DNA from: Syntrophales bacterium
Lineage (GTDB): Bacteria > Desulfobacterota > Syntrophia > Syntrophales > UBA2185
Assembly (NCBI GenBank): GCA_035685925.1
Contig: DASRZZ010000052.1
Coordinates: forward strand, 17,615-81,614
Length of the DNA stretch: 64,000 bases
Direction: 5' to 3'
Part shown: in pieces, positions 45,286-56,443 of the stretch
How positions within the stretch are numbered: position 1 is the stretch's first letter
How the letters are laid out: each line of letters begins with the position of its first letter
Program-made: the position numbers and the translations under genes
The notes under the pieces: generated by a model
The model's database searches: none
What the model was told of the DNA's origin: nothing
The model's input: the letters and a program-made list of their open reading frames with translations, nothing else

Positions 45286-46425
45286 ATGAATTTCACGGTA
45301 TCACCAGAAAATGAAGGCATCCGCAAGATGGTGCGGGAATTTGCGGAAAAGAAGCTGGCTCCTACTATTGTGGAGCGTGATGAAAAAGAGCTGTTTGACC
45401 GAAGTATATTTGATGAAATGGGTAAATTGGGCCTCATGGGTCTGCCGTATCCAGAAAAGTATGGTGGAGGCGGTATGGACTTCATCGCTTATGCCATCGC
45501 AATTGAGGAAATTTCACGCATAGACGCGTCAACCTCTATCGGTATGTCGGTGCACACTTCGCTATGTTCATGGCCGATCTACAAATACGGCACGGAGGAG
45601 CAGAAACAGAAATACCTCGTGCCGCTCGCCCAGGGCATAAAGTTAGGCGCATTCGGTCTAACGGAACCCAATGCAGGCACAGATGTAGGCAATGCCTCAA
45701 CAGTTGCCGTCAAAGAAGGAGATTCATATCTTATCACGGGGACCAAGGTTTTCAACACGAACGGTGGAGAGGCGGAAGTAGAGGTTGTCTTTACGAAAAC
45801 AAATAAAGAGGCGGGCATTAAGGGTATGAGCGCGTTTATTCTCGAGAAAGGTTCACCCGGCTTGAGCTTCGGTAAGAAAGAAACGAAAATGGGCATTCGC
45901 GCAGCCGTACAGCGCGAAGTAATCATGGTCAACGCAAAAACCCCCGCCTCCAACATCTTAGGCAAAGAGGGCGATGGGTTTAGAATTGCCATGACGACTT
46001 TGGATGGCGGCCGTATCGGTATAGCTGCCCAGGCGGTGGGCATTGCCCAAGGCGCTCTGGATCACGCAATCAAATATGCGAAACAGCGTGTCCAGTTCGG
46101 CAAACCCATAGCGAGCCAGCAGGGTATCAGCTTTATGCTCGCCAACATGGCAACAAAGATTGAGGCAGCCCGTCTCATGACGTATAGAGCCGCTTTTAAC
46201 AAATCTAGTGATCTTCCTTATGCCAAGGAAGCGGCAATGGCTAAGCTGTTTGCTTCCGATGTCGCGATGTCTGTTACGACCGACGCCGTCCAGGTATTTG
46301 GCGGCTATGGGTACAGCCGCGAGTATCCTGTGGAGCGCCTGATGCGCGATGCGAAGATTACGCAGATCTATGAGGGCACAAGTGAGGCAATGCGCATGGT
46401 TATCGGCGGCAGTATCCTGAGGTAA
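45286..46425 (+). CDS. Acyl-CoA dehydrogenase (butyryl-CoA dehydrogenase-like)
   Basis: 379 aa. It has [24 protein letters not shown] and the C-terminal [25 protein letters not shown] lies upstream. Confidence 0.9.
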   Translation: MNFTVSPENEGIRKMVREFAEKKLAPTIVERDEKELFDRSIFDEMGKLGLMGLPYPEKYGGGGMDFIAYAIAIEEISRIDASTSIGMSVHTSLCSWPIYKYGTEEQKQKYLVPLAQGIKLGAFGLTEPNAGTDVGNASTVAVKEGDSYLITGTKVFNTNGGEAEVEVVFTKTNKEAGIKGMSAFILEKGSPGLSFGKKETKMGIRAAVQREVIMVNAKTPASNILGKEGDGFRIAMTTLDGGRIGIAAQAVGIAQGALDHAIKYAKQRVQFGKPIASQQGISFMLANMATKIEAARLMTYRAAFNKSSDLPYAKEAAMAKLFASDVAMSVTTDAVQVFGGYGYSREYPVERLMRDAKITQIYEGTSEAMRMVIGGSILR

Positions 46426-46570
46426 TCCATGCGGGTTGATTGGTGATTCTAGAATAGGTTTCATGAAATCCGGGGGAGATGGGGATAACCTATCTTCCCC
46501 TTCGATTTCGCAAGGCGTGCTAACCTTCGCTTATTTCAGGACTGGTTTGAAAGCTGACTCGTGATACGGA

Positions 46571-48043
46571 TTATTGATGTTTCTCGCCATCGGCGGGCGA
46601 CGAGAGATTATATTTCTTCAGCTTCCGCACCACTGTAGATTGATTGATTTTCATTGCCTTGGCGATCGCTCTCGTACTCTTGTGATTCTGGAGCGCCTGC
46701 ATTAGGAGTTGCATCTCCGTTTGTTCAATTGTAGTTTTGAAGCTGTTGTCCCCGGTGACGTTAATTGCTTCAGGAGTGATCTGGCTCTTAATCTGAATAG
46801 GAAGATGCTTAATTGTTATTTCATCACCTTCCGTCATGATGATCATCCTCTCTACCACATTTTCCAATTCCCGCACATTGCCAGGCCAGGGGTACAGCAT
46901 CAGAACATCAACAACCTCTGGCGCGATGCGCTTGTTGTATTGATGTTTCTTGTTCATCTTGTCGAGAAAGTGCAAGACGAATATAGGTATGTCCTCTTTG
47001 CGCTCGCGCAATGGAGGAATATCAATAGAAACGACGTTAAGGCGATAATAAAGATCGTCCCGAAAAGTACCCTTTTTTACCATTTCTTCAAGATTCTTGT
47101 TTGTCGCAGCAACAATGCGCACATCGACGTAGGTGGGCTTTAAGCCACCAATCCGCATGATTTCACGATCCTGCAGAGCCCTCAAAAGCTTCCCCTGAAG
47201 ACTGTATGGGATATCGCCAATTTCGTCCAAGAAGAGGGTCCCCTCATGGGCAAGCTCAAACATGCCCGGTTTCCCCTGTTTTCTTGCACCCGTAAAGGCG
47301 CCATAATCATACCCGAAGAGTTCTGACTCAAGAAGAGTTTCCGGAATCGCGCCGGAGTTCACCTTAATTAGCGGTCCCTTCGAGCGCTGGCTTTGTTGAT
47401 GTATGGCGTTCGCGAACACTTCCTTGCCCACGCCCGATTCGCCAGTGATTAAAACCGATACATCAAAACCGGCGACACGAGCCACTATTTCCTTTATTCT
47501 TTTTGTCGATTCGCTTCGAGCCACCAGATCGATACGCTTCATATGCTCGAGTTCGGCGGCATATAATTCATTCAGCCGCTGCGTTTTTTCAAGTAACTGC
47601 TTCAAGTAGAGTATTTCTGTTATATCCCTAATATTGGCTACAACCCGCCTTATTTCGCCATCTTCACCCCATATGGGTATGGCCGTTGCCATTATTTTCT
47701 GGCCGATTTTCTCCCCTCTGAGCATCTCCAGCATAATTGTAGCTTTTTGTCTGTCCCTGATTGCAGCCATCGCTGCGGATTCCGTGTACCATTTTTGCTC
47801 TACAAGATCCTTAGCACATTTTCCGATGGCGAACTCCCTCTGAATTCCCGCAATGCGTTCCCAAGCACTATTAACCCTTAGGATAACTCCATGCCCATCG
47901 GTTATGAAAAGACCGTCGTGGGATGACTCAATGATATCTTCCAATTCGCAAAAATCGCAATTGTGCAGACCCTGATGGGACTTCTCACCAGCGACTAATT
48001 TCAGGTTGTCTGTCTTTATTGTTTTGTCTGCAAGTTTTGGCAT
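46571..48043 (-). CDS. Sigma54-dependent transcriptional activator (PAS sensor + AAA+ + Fis-type HTH)
   Basis: 490 aa. It has an N-terminal PAS-like domain (SHDGLFITDGHGVILRVNSAWERIAG), AAA+ Walker A GESGVGKE, the GAFTGA loop (YGAFTGA) and a C-terminal HTH (STRAIAKAMKINQSTVVRKLKKY). It is convergent with the etf-acd operon. Confidence 0.9.
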   Translation of the reverse strand: MPKLADKTIKTDNLKLVAGEKSHQGLHNCDFCELEDIIESSHDGLFITDGHGVILRVNSAWERIAGIQREFAIGKCAKDLVEQKWYTESAAMAAIRDRQKATIMLEMLRGEKIGQKIMATAIPIWGEDGEIRRVVANIRDITEILYLKQLLEKTQRLNELYAAELEHMKRIDLVARSESTKRIKEIVARVAGFDVSVLITGESGVGKEVFANAIHQQSQRSKGPLIKVNSGAIPETLLESELFGYDYGAFTGARKQGKPGMFELAHEGTLFLDEIGDIPYSLQGKLLRALQDREIMRIGGLKPTYVDVRIVAATNKNLEEMVKKGTFRDDLYYRLNVVSIDIPPLRERKEDIPIFVLHFLDKMNKKHQYNKRIAPEVVDVLMLYPWPGNVRELENVVERMIIMTEGDEITIKHLPIQIKSQITPEAINVTGDNSFKTTIEQTEMQLLMQALQNHKSTRAIAKAMKINQSTVVRKLKKYNLSSPADGEKHQ

Positions 48044-48175
48044 TTCTCTTCCTGGTCAATTTTCTTTAACACAAAAGAATATAGTTACGGTAATCGCGTA
48101 TGTCAATATTATTTTAGTCCGCATTTCGGCAATGATCCCAGAGTCTTATCATGGGTATCAGGTAGAACAACTAAT

Positions 48176-48580
48176 TTACTTTTTATATTCCGCCTCAACG
48201 GCGATGGAAATGCCTCCGCGGGCAGCAAAATCCGCAGTCACCTTGCACCACCGGGGCCTCAGCACTGAAACCAGATCATCGAGGATGACATTGGTTACAT
48301 GCTCGTGAAATGCCCCTTCATCACGGAAAGACCAGAGATATAATTTCAGAGACTTGGATTCGACAATCTTCCTTTCTGGAATGTACTGAATAGTCAACCT
48401 AGCAAAATCGGGCTGCCCCGTTGCCGGGCAGACGCATGTAAACTCATCCGTCTTTAGTGTCACGACATAATTCCTCTGCGGATGATGGTTGGGAAAGGTT
48501 TCCAGTTTCTTTGTGGGTTTAGCATCTCGTCTGAGTAAGGTCAGCCCGTCAAGGTCGATTTTTTGCGTCTTCTTTGTCAT
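48176..48580 (-). CDS. queF: NADPH-dependent 7-cyano-7-deazaguanine reductase (type I QueF)
   Basis: FTCVCPATGQPDFA...ESKSLKLYLWSFR...FHE are QueF signature motifs. I chose the ATG start with GAGGAG 9 nt upstream. The track ORF begins at an upstream TTG (48613). Confidence 0.85.
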   Translation of the reverse strand: MTKKTQKIDLDGLTLLRRDAKPTKKLETFPNHHPQRNYVVTLKTDEFTCVCPATGQPDFARLTIQYIPERKIVESKSLKLYLWSFRDEGAFHEHVTNVILDDLVSVLRPRWCKVTADFAARGGISIAVEAEYKK

Positions 48581-48605
48581 AGAGGTCTTCTCCTCTTTCA
48601 ATCCC

Positions 48606-49241
48606 TTAAGCAATTATCTTCTGCACACCGGCATAGAAGAAATAACATGCAAAAAATATTAATACAACGGCACATGTTCCAATGACCCATCTATAAAAAC
48701 GATCAGTAAAAAGATGCCTGCCCTTCCCCACCGCTGAAGAGACAGCAGAATACCAGACAAAATCTGCCAGAATATGTCCTGTAAAGAAAACTACAAGACC
48801 TGCAATGCCGAAACTCCAGCTATAAATGACATAACCAAAGCCTATTGTTGCCCACCAGACGATCCAGTAGGGATTGGCTATGCTCAGAATCGCCCCATTC
48901 TTTATCAGGGAGCCGCCCTTTGTCCTGCCCGGGTTTACTGATAGAGTCAACTTCGGCAGAATGCGAAACATGCCCAAAGCTATCCAGAGCAGGATAACAC
49001 TGCCGACTATGGCAACGGCAGCAAAGACGTAGTCACGCTGAAGGAAAGGGGCCAATCCAAACACCAGCGCGACAAGCAGCGTAATCTCTAGAATGCCATG
49101 ACCTGCGATGAGCAAGGGTCCAGCAATGAAGCCTCTTCGCGAGCTCTCGCTAATTGTCGCCGTGAGCAATGGCCCTGGCATCATGGCGCCGGAAAAGGCA
49201 ATGATAAAGGAAGAAACGAAGATTGTAATAAGTTCCCACAC
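48606..49241 (-). CDS. LysE/RhtB-family amino-acid exporter
   Basis: 211 aa with about 6 hydrophobic helices. The N-terminal FSGAMMPGPLL motif is typical of the LysE family. Confidence 0.7.
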   Translation of the reverse strand: MWELITIFVSSFIIAFSGAMMPGPLLTATISESSRRGFIAGPLLIAGHGILEITLLVALVFGLAPFLQRDYVFAAVAIVGSVILLWIALGMFRILPKLTLSVNPGRTKGGSLIKNGAILSIANPYWIVWWATIGFGYVIYSWSFGIAGLVVFFTGHILADFVWYSAVSSAVGKGRHLFTDRFYRWVIGTCAVVLIFFACYFFYAGVQKIIA

Positions 49242-49418
49242 AGTCTATATGAGTCCCATACCAAAAAAATCGAGAGCTTTAAAATGTCGCCACCTTGTCA
49301 TCTTTGATATTGCCTTGTACCATTTCGATTCCCCCGTTTACTAGTGGTAATCTTCGTAAGAGATATTGCGATTGCCGATAAGAAAACCTGACAGAAACGC
49401 AACGCATTGAACAGGCGC

Positions 49419-50891
49419 TCATTTCGTTGTATTGTTACTGGTACTTGTGTCGATATTTGAAGTGCGTTCTCGGCTATGATCAGCAGTAGTCTTCGCGTCC
49501 GCCTCTATGATCCACCCGCCACCCATTGCGTTGTAAAGAGTGACCAGTGCCTGAAAGAGAACCCCCTTGGTTTGCGCACGGGCCAGTTCAGCGTTGAAAA
49601 GGCTACGTTCGGCATCGAGCACTTCTATATAGCTTGTGTATCCGTTGTCAAAGCGCAGACGCGCAAAGTGTGCATACGTGACCAAGGATTCCACATGCTG
49701 GTTCTGAATCTCGAGCTCTTCCCGTGATCTTTTCTGGTCAATGAGGGCGTCATCAACCTCACGGAAAGCCGTCTGAATGGATTGCTGATAGCGGATGAGG
49801 GCCTGCCGCTGCCTGGCCTCTGCCGACTTTACCTGTCCCTCAATGGCACCACCCGCGAAGATTGGAACATTCACAGGCACAGCCCAGCTCCATACCCGCG
49901 ATGGCCCCTGGAAGAGCGTTGAGAGATCTGTGCTGGCAAAACCGAACATGCCGGTCAGGGATATTGTCGGAAAGTACAGAGACCGCGCAACGCCAATCAT
50001 AGCATTGGCGGATATGAGGGCCTGTTCCGCCTGGCGTATGTCCGGACGGTTGGCAAGGAGTTCCGAAGGTAGCCCCGCGGGCACTGAAGGGAGGACAAGA
50101 TCATCAATCATTTTGCCTCTGGAAATCGGGCCGGGATTTCGCCCGAGGAGAATGGACAAAGCGTTTTCCTGCTGCGCTATGGCCTTTTCGAGAACAGGGA
50201 TCGTAGTGAGGGCTTGCTCGTACTCCGATTTCACCTGGCTCAGTTCCAATTCGGAGATGACGCCTTGCTGGAAACGCAACTGAAAAAGATTGTAAGTCTC
50301 CTTGCGGCTCTGGGCTGTACGTCTGGCAATGTCAAGCTGCATGTCCAGATTGCGGAGATTTACGTAAGCACTCGCCACGGATGTGACAAGCGTCATAATG
50401 ACTCCCCTTCGTGCCTCCTCCATGCTCAGGAGGTCTGCGCGAGAGGCTTCCGTCGCCCGCCGCAGCTTGCCCCACAGGTCTATTTCCCAGCTCGCATTGA
50501 GGAAGGGAGAGTAGTTGTCAGCAGGGTTAATGGTGGCTGGTGTTAGGGGAGTTGGGCTATTCTCCGTGGCACGGCTCCTGCCTGCGGTCGCGCCTGCGCT
50601 TGCCTGCGGGAAAATGGCGGCACGGGTCGTTGCGTATTGCCCGATAAACTCTTCAACCCTTGCCGTGGCGACCATGATATCTTTATTATCCACAAGAGCC
50701 GTCTGGATGAGGTCGTTCAATACAGGGTCCCCGAACTGTTCCCACCATGCAGTATTGCCTATTTCCCTGACTTCCTTCTCCTCGAAGCGCCAGGACGAGG
50801 GCGTTTCGACGGCCGGTCTCCTGTAGTCCGGCCCGATCATGCAGCCGCAGAGGATAAGGGCTGGCAGAAAGGATAAAAGGATCTTACGCAT
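49419..50891 (-). CDS. RND efflux outer-membrane factor lipoprotein (NodT/OprM family)
   Basis: It has a lipobox (LILCGC), two repeated helical halves, and family motifs such as [14 protein letters not shown] and GGGW near the C-terminus. I chose the start at MRKILL. It overlaps the RND gene end by 8 nt. Confidence 0.85.
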   Translation of the reverse strand: MRKILLSFLPALILCGCMIGPDYRRPAVETPSSWRFEEKEVREIGNTAWWEQFGDPVLNDLIQTALVDNKDIMVATARVEEFIGQYATTRAAIFPQASAGATAGRSRATENSPTPLTPATINPADNYSPFLNASWEIDLWGKLRRATEASRADLLSMEEARRGVIMTLVTSVASAYVNLRNLDMQLDIARRTAQSRKETYNLFQLRFQQGVISELELSQVKSEYEQALTTIPVLEKAIAQQENALSILLGRNPGPISRGKMIDDLVLPSVPAGLPSELLANRPDIRQAEQALISANAMIGVARSLYFPTISLTGMFGFASTDLSTLFQGPSRVWSWAVPVNVPIFAGGAIEGQVKSAEARQRQALIRYQQSIQTAFREVDDALIDQKRSREELEIQNQHVESLVTYAHFARLRFDNGYTSYIEVLDAERSLFNAELARAQTKGVLFQALVTLYNAMGGGWIIEADAKTTADHSRERTSNIDTSTSNNTTK

Positions 50892-53800
50892 TATCCCCTC
50901 CCCCGATTTCCGGCTTCTTGTTATTCTTGCGTTTTTCCACCATTTTGACAACGACATAGAACGTCACGGGAATCAGGAATATCGCAATCAACGAGGCGGC
51001 TGTAGTGCCACCTATAACAGCGGTCCCCATAATTTGTCTTGCCACGGCCCCGGATCCTGTAGATATGGCAAGGGGAAGCGTGCCGAAGAGAAATGCGAAC
51101 GACGTCATGAGGATCGGCCGAAGCCTCAATCGAGCTCCTTCGATGGCGGCATCCTTGGCAGATTTTCCCTTTTCATGACTGTTTTTTGCAAACTCGACAA
51201 TCAGAATGGCGTTTTTGGCGGCCAGACCGATCAGAACGATCAGGCCAATCTGTGCATAAACGTTATTCACCTGGCCGCGGAGCCAGATTGCCGTTAAGGC
51301 GCCAAAAACAGCCACTGGCGTTCCGAGGAGAACACTGACGGGCAGGGACCAGCTTTCGTATAGGGCCGCAAGAATGAGAAAAACGCAAAGCAGGGAGAAC
51401 CCAAAAATGACCATCGCTGGTATACCCTGTTGGGCCTTCTTTTCTTGGAAACTCATGCCCAGGTAATCAAAACCCATCTCCCTCGGCATAGTCTGGGCAA
51501 AAGCTTCTTCCAGTGCATTCATTGCCTGGGCCGAACTGTAGCCGGGGTTGGCCATGGCGTTGATCTGTGCCGCACGGTACATATTGTACCGCATCGTAAA
51601 TTCGGGTCCCATTCGTGATTCGACTGTCGTGACCGCTGAGAGAGGGACCGGGTCCCCTTGGTCGTTCCGTACATAAAACTGTCCGACGTCCTCCGCTTTG
51701 GTGCGGTAAGCACCCTCGGCCTGGACGTAGACCTGCCATTGCCGCCCGAATCGGTTGAAGTAATTGATGAAATAACCGCCCATAAAAGCCTGCAGCGTCT
51801 GATAGACATCTTCGATGTCGATACCCTGCTTGAGCACCTTGTCCCGATCGACATTGATGAAAACATTTGGCACCGTTGGGAGGAAGGTTGTTCTCACTGA
51901 TGCAAGTTCCGGCCTCTTCTGTGCGGCATCGAGAAATTTGTTGACATTCACCGAAAGGAAATCGATATCCTTGCCGGCACGATCCTCAAGGATCATCGTT
52001 ACACCGCCGGCCGTCCCGATGCCTGGAATTGCAGGCGGAGAAAAGGCGAAGGCCGTGCATTGCGGAAGCTTGGACAGCTCTTTGTTCAGATGATTCATAA
52101 TCGCGTCATACTTCTGTTCTGGCGTTTTCCGATCCTTCCACTCCTTGAGGTTCACAAAGAAGAAAGCGCTATAAGTGTTCTGCACAAGGCTGAGCAAGCT
52201 GATACCGATGATGGTTTGATAATATTGAACACCGGGTGTCGTCGCGATAATTTTTTCTATGTCTTTGCAAGCCTCATCGGTGCGTTGCATTGAGGCGGCA
52301 TTAGGCAACGAAACGTTGACAAACATGTACCCTTGATCCTCTTCTGGCAGAAATCCCGTGGGGATGCTTTTTCCAATCCCGACGGAAAGGATCGTGATTC
52401 CTGCAAGGAATAGAAGGCTGAGAACACCCTTGCGGATCAGGACCCGACAAAATCCCACATATCCTGTTGTGGCACGTCCGAACCAGAGGTTGAATAATCT
52501 GTAGAAGGAACCCAAGGGGCCCCTCGCCTCTTTCCGTGGTTTCAGGAGAAGAGCGGCAAGGGCAGGGCTGAGACTCAAGGCGTTGAAGGCCGAGATGAGA
52601 ACTGAAATGGCAATGGTTGCCGCAAATTGCTGGTAAAGCCTGCCCGTAATTCCCGGGATGAATACTGTAGGGATAAAGACCGCCGAGAGCACCAGGGCGA
52701 TAGCCATGACCGGGCCCGAAACCTCCTCCATGGCCTTGAATGCGGCATCCTTAGGGAGCATGCCCTCCTCGATATGACGTTCAACGCACTCCACAACGAC
52801 AATGGCATCGTCAACAACCAGGCCGATGGCCAGCACCAGGCCGAAGAGCGACAGGGTGTTGATGGAGAAGCCGAGAAGGGGAAAGAAGGCAAAGGTGCCG
52901 ACGAGGGAGACCGGAACGGCGACTGTCGGAATGAGGGTAGGTCTCCAGCCCTGAAGGAAGATGAAGACAACGACAATGACCAGCGCCAGAGCGACCAAAA
53001 GCGTTTTGACAATTTCGCGGATGCCCTCTGTAATAGCCCGCGTCGTATCAAGGCCAACAATATAATCAAGACCGGCGGGGAATTGCTTTTTGGCCTCTTC
53101 CATGACTCTCCTGACACCCTTGGCCGTCTCGATTGCATTCGTGCCAGGCAACTGATATATGCCAAGATTTGCGGCAGGTTTCCCGTTCAGGCGTCCCCTA
53201 AATGTATAAACCTGGGAGCCCATTTCAATACGAGCTACATCATTCAGCCGAACAACCGATCCATCGGAGTTGGCCCTGAGAACTATCTGGCCGAATTCTC
53301 CCGGCGTGATCAGACGGCCCTGGGCTCTGACGGAATAGGTGAACTCCTGCCCCGGAGGCGCGGGTTCAGCACCGATCTGCCCTGCCGGGTTAACCGTATT
53401 CTGTTTCTGGACGGCAGCAATGACCTGGGGAACAGTTATTTCAAGCTTCGCCAGTATATCGGGTTTGACCCAGATGCGGATCGCGTACATGCCGGAGCCC
53501 CAGACCGTGGCCATGCCGACACCTGGCACGCGCAGCAGTTGATCCACAAGGTTGATGTAGGCATAGTTCGCCAGAAATTTGGCGTCAAGGGACTCGTTGG
53601 GTGAATACACGGAAAGGATCATCAGGGGGGCGGAACGGGCCTTCTGGACCGTGACGCCGTAATTGCGCACATCTTGGGGAAGCTGTGGCTCGGCAAGATT
53701 CTGCCGGATCTGGGTGAGCACTAGGTCGGTATTCGGATTGGTCCCAACGTCGAAACTGGTCGTAAGCCGCATGCTACCGTTATTGGCATTGAGGGAGTAC

Positions 53801-54033
53801 ATGTAATTCATGTTGTCCACGCCGCTGAGCTGCTGCTCAATAGGGGTCGCCACGGACTGCTCGACGGTCTGTGCATCCGCACCCGTATAGGTGGACCAGA
53901 TCTGGATCTCAGGAGGCACAATCTCCGGGAACTGGGCTATGGGTAGACCCACCAGCGCCACTATGCCCACAATGATGAACATTATGGAAATCACCATGGC
54001 AACAATGGGACGATTGATGAAGAACTTTGACAT
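50884..54033 (-). CDS. RND multidrug efflux permease (AcrB/HAE1 family)
   Basis: 1049 aa. It begins [17 protein letters not shown] and has a 12-TM architecture with two large periplasmic loops. Confidence 0.95.
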   Translation of the reverse strand: MSKFFINRPIVAMVISIMFIIVGIVALVGLPIAQFPEIVPPEIQIWSTYTGADAQTVEQSVATPIEQQLSGVDNMNYMYSLNANNGSMRLTTSFDVGTNPNTDLVLTQIRQNLAEPQLPQDVRNYGVTVQKARSAPLMILSVYSPNESLDAKFLANYAYINLVDQLLRVPGVGMATVWGSGMYAIRIWVKPDILAKLEITVPQVIAAVQKQNTVNPAGQIGAEPAPPGQEFTYSVRAQGRLITPGEFGQIVLRANSDGSVVRLNDVARIEMGSQVYTFRGRLNGKPAANLGIYQLPGTNAIETAKGVRRVMEEAKKQFPAGLDYIVGLDTTRAITEGIREIVKTLLVALALVIVVVFIFLQGWRPTLIPTVAVPVSLVGTFAFFPLLGFSINTLSLFGLVLAIGLVVDDAIVVVECVERHIEEGMLPKDAAFKAMEEVSGPVMAIALVLSAVFIPTVFIPGITGRLYQQFAATIAISVLISAFNALSLSPALAALLLKPRKEARGPLGSFYRLFNLWFGRATTGYVGFCRVLIRKGVLSLLFLAGITILSVGIGKSIPTGFLPEEDQGYMFVNVSLPNAASMQRTDEACKDIEKIIATTPGVQYYQTIIGISLLSLVQNTYSAFFFVNLKEWKDRKTPEQKYDAIMNHLNKELSKLPQCTAFAFSPPAIPGIGTAGGVTMILEDRAGKDIDFLSVNVNKFLDAAQKRPELASVRTTFLPTVPNVFINVDRDKVLKQGIDIEDVYQTLQAFMGGYFINYFNRFGRQWQVYVQAEGAYRTKAEDVGQFYVRNDQGDPVPLSAVTTVESRMGPEFTMRYNMYRAAQINAMANPGYSSAQAMNALEEAFAQTMPREMGFDYLGMSFQEKKAQQGIPAMVIFGFSLLCVFLILAALYESWSLPVSVLLGTPVAVFGALTAIWLRGQVNNVYAQIGLIVLIGLAAKNAILIVEFAKNSHEKGKSAKDAAIEGARLRLRPILMTSFAFLFGTLPLAISTGSGAVARQIMGTAVIGGTTAASLIAIFLIPVTFYVVVKMVEKRKNNKKPEIGGGDNA

Positions 54034-54042
54034 AACGGCCTG

Positions 54043-55248
54043 CTATTGCCCCGGTCCGGATTGCACCGATTTCTGCTGTTCGGTGCTCGAGGCGGCGCCA
54101 TTCTTGGATACAACGTAAGGCTGTGGATTCACGATCATGTCCTGCTTTACCTTCTGGAAACCTTCCACAACCACTTCATCTCCCTGCTTAAGCCCCTCAT
54201 CAATCACCCAGAGACTGTCGATTCGTTCAGCCGGTTTTACCAATCTTATATCGATTTTGTTACCCGGGCCTACAACGGCCACCTGATGACCTCCCTGAAG
54301 CTCCATCACTGCTCGCTGGGGTATCAGCAGCGCATTTTGTCTGATTTTAGTTTTAGCACGAACCTTGGCAAATTGTCCCGGTCGAATGATATTTCCGGGA
54401 TTTTTGAAAAAGGCCGCGAGCTTTATGGTTCCTGTTTTCACATCCACCTGGCGGTCAGCAAGGGCAAAGTATCCCTTATACGGATGGATGTGGCCGGACG
54501 ATAGAATCAATTCCAGGGGAATGTCCTTGAAACTGGGCCGGCCGTTTCCGACAATCTCGAGGTACTCCTGTTCACCAACAGACACATAGACCTTTATAGG
54601 ATCAACGGTTGATACAGTCGTAAGTTCCTCGATCAATCCAGGACCGACTAGATTCCCGATCTGGGTCTTGGCAATGCCGGCAATGCCGTCAACGGGAGAG
54701 GAAATCTTCGTGAAGCCGAGGTCCAGCGTTGTTTTTTCAACAACGGCTTGTGCCGAAATCACCGCCGCGTGCGTTGCCTGTTCAGTGCCCATGGCATCGT
54801 CTAGCTCTTTTTTACTGACGGCATTCTGCTCTGCCAAAGGCGCGATCCTAGCCAGATCCGCCTTGGCCGTTACCCAGCGTGCCTGCTGTTGCTCCAGTTG
54901 CCCCTTTGCCTGGTCCAGGGCAGCCCGGAATGGGCGCGGATCGATCTCGAAAAGGATCTGCCCCACCCTGACAAAATCACCTTCCCGGTAATATTGCTTG
55001 ATCAAATAGCCCTGAACCTGGGCTCGAATTGTGGCATTGACCTTACCATCCGTCGTGCCAATCCATTCTGTATATACGGGAACGTTCTGCTGGACGACCT
55101 GTGCTACCTGCACCACAGGCGGAGAGGAATCATTTTTCTTGTCTCCCGTTCCGCAGCCGACCATGAGGGAAAAAACCAGGCTAGTGGCGACGATGCAAAC
55201 CAACATGGTCCCCCGCAGAAATGTCACTTCCCTGTCCTTTCTTGTCAT
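54043..55248 (-). CDS. RND efflux periplasmic adaptor (membrane fusion protein)
   Basis: 401 aa. It has a lipobox (MVGCG), a coiled-coil hairpin, and lipoyl/beta-barrel segments typical of the AcrA/MexA family. Confidence 0.9.
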   Translation of the reverse strand: MTRKDREVTFLRGTMLVCIVATSLVFSLMVGCGTGDKKNDSSPPVVQVAQVVQQNVPVYTEWIGTTDGKVNATIRAQVQGYLIKQYYREGDFVRVGQILFEIDPRPFRAALDQAKGQLEQQQARWVTAKADLARIAPLAEQNAVSKKELDDAMGTEQATHAAVISAQAVVEKTTLDLGFTKISSPVDGIAGIAKTQIGNLVGPGLIEELTTVSTVDPIKVYVSVGEQEYLEIVGNGRPSFKDIPLELILSSGHIHPYKGYFALADRQVDVKTGTIKLAAFFKNPGNIIRPGQFAKVRAKTKIRQNALLIPQRAVMELQGGHQVAVVGPGNKIDIRLVKPAERIDSLWVIDEGLKQGDEVVVEGFQKVKQDMIVNPQPYVVSKNGAASSTEQQKSVQSGPGQ

Positions 55249-55424
55249 AGAAATACCCCTTTACGCCTGCCTCAATGTCGCGGAGAACAGATGAATGCAT
55301 GATCTCCAGCATCAAACCATCTGTAGGTTTGCATGTATAAACGTCACCACAAAGCGGTCCCCTTCTGGAACAGCCACAACGATCAGTGCCAATAAAAAAA
55401 TAGTCAAGGAAAGCTGCCAATCGC

Positions 55425-56048
55425 TCATTCAGCCAACTCCAGACCTACACCCCTGAGAAAGATGTCTGATACGCAGCCCACCTTGTTGATCAAATGGGCA
55501 TCCTGATCTGTGCACATCCAGTAATAAAAGAATGACCGGATGATGCCCAACAGTGCGTAAGCCATTATGCGCGGATCCCCAGTCCTCAAAGTCTTTGTTT
55601 CTATCCCGAGGCGCATGATGTTTTCCACAAAACCAATATGGTTGAAGTAGTCTGCTATTAGTTTATCCCTTAAAACCGTCCCCCTGTCCGAGAGGGTCAA
55701 ACCCTCGCCGCGTATAAGAAGATCACAGAAATCAACATTGTTCTCTACGAAGTGAAAATGTGATTCTATCAGTTTCTCGATCTTATCGATTATTCTTTCC
55801 TGCCTGCTCACTGACTCCCAGATTTCGCGGTACATCCTGTCCAGTTTCTCGCTTACCATGATATCGTACAGATTCTCTTTACCCTCAAAGAACTGGTAAA
55901 GAGTCCCTGTGGCAAACCCGGATGCGCTCGCAATCTCTGCCATGGTGGAATTGTGAAATCCCTTTGCAGCAAATATTTTTTCTGCCTGACTAAGGATTTC
56001 AATCCTCCGCAACTGAAATTCCATCTCTTTTCTTTTTGATTTTTCCAT
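55425..56048 (-). CDS. TetR/AcrR family transcriptional repressor
   Basis: 207 aa. It has the N-terminal HTH motif ILSQAEKIFAAKGFHNSTMAEIASASGFATGTLYQFF. It sits upstream of, and co-directional with, the RND genes. Confidence 0.85.
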   Translation of the reverse strand: MEKSKRKEMEFQLRRIEILSQAEKIFAAKGFHNSTMAEIASASGFATGTLYQFFEGKENLYDIMVSEKLDRMYREIWESVSRQERIIDKIEKLIESHFHFVENNVDFCDLLIRGEGLTLSDRGTVLRDKLIADYFNHIGFVENIMRLGIETKTLRTGDPRIMAYALLGIIRSFFYYWMCTDQDAHLINKVGCVSDIFLRGVGLELAE

Positions 56049-56080
56049 TTTCGAGCGTTAGTTCAAATTATAGAACATAT

Positions 56081-56095
56081 ATTCATATTATGAAT
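56081..56095. promoter_or_regulatory. Perfect 15-bp palindrome ATTCATATTATGAAT, candidate TetR operator
   Basis: Read directly from the sequence. It lies ~33 nt upstream of the TetR start codon, in an AT-rich promoter region. Confidence 0.4.
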
Positions 56096-56443
56096 CGCCA
56101 CTCACAATGATACTAATGACGTGTCTTGTCAAGAAAAAACTCTTATACGTTGTGAGATTGTAATTTAAAATCACCATGTCGACCGGTCGGCACAAAAAAG
56201 AATGAAAATAGACATATCGACACCTTTATGCTGAGTGTAATAATATCAATGTACTGGGTTTCTATTTACAGGGGAAATATATTGTATGAGGGATACAGGG
56301 GTTAAAGGCGAATCGTAGTGCAACACTCGATTCAAAAGTGCAGGACCAAGAAGCACAATTGGTCAAGTTTTTTATACGAACTTTCAATCGGAATCATCTG
56401 TTAAAGAAAGCAGCAATATACCCTGAAACGTGTATGAAATGCC

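Noticed and set aside
52627-53604. 325-aa ORF on the plus strand. Other 60-200-aa ORFs between 50.8 and 55.3 kb fall in the same category.
   Set aside because: They are antisense to the unmistakable RND permease, adaptor and OMF genes. Their Arg/Gly/Asp-rich low-complexity translations mark them as shadow ORFs.
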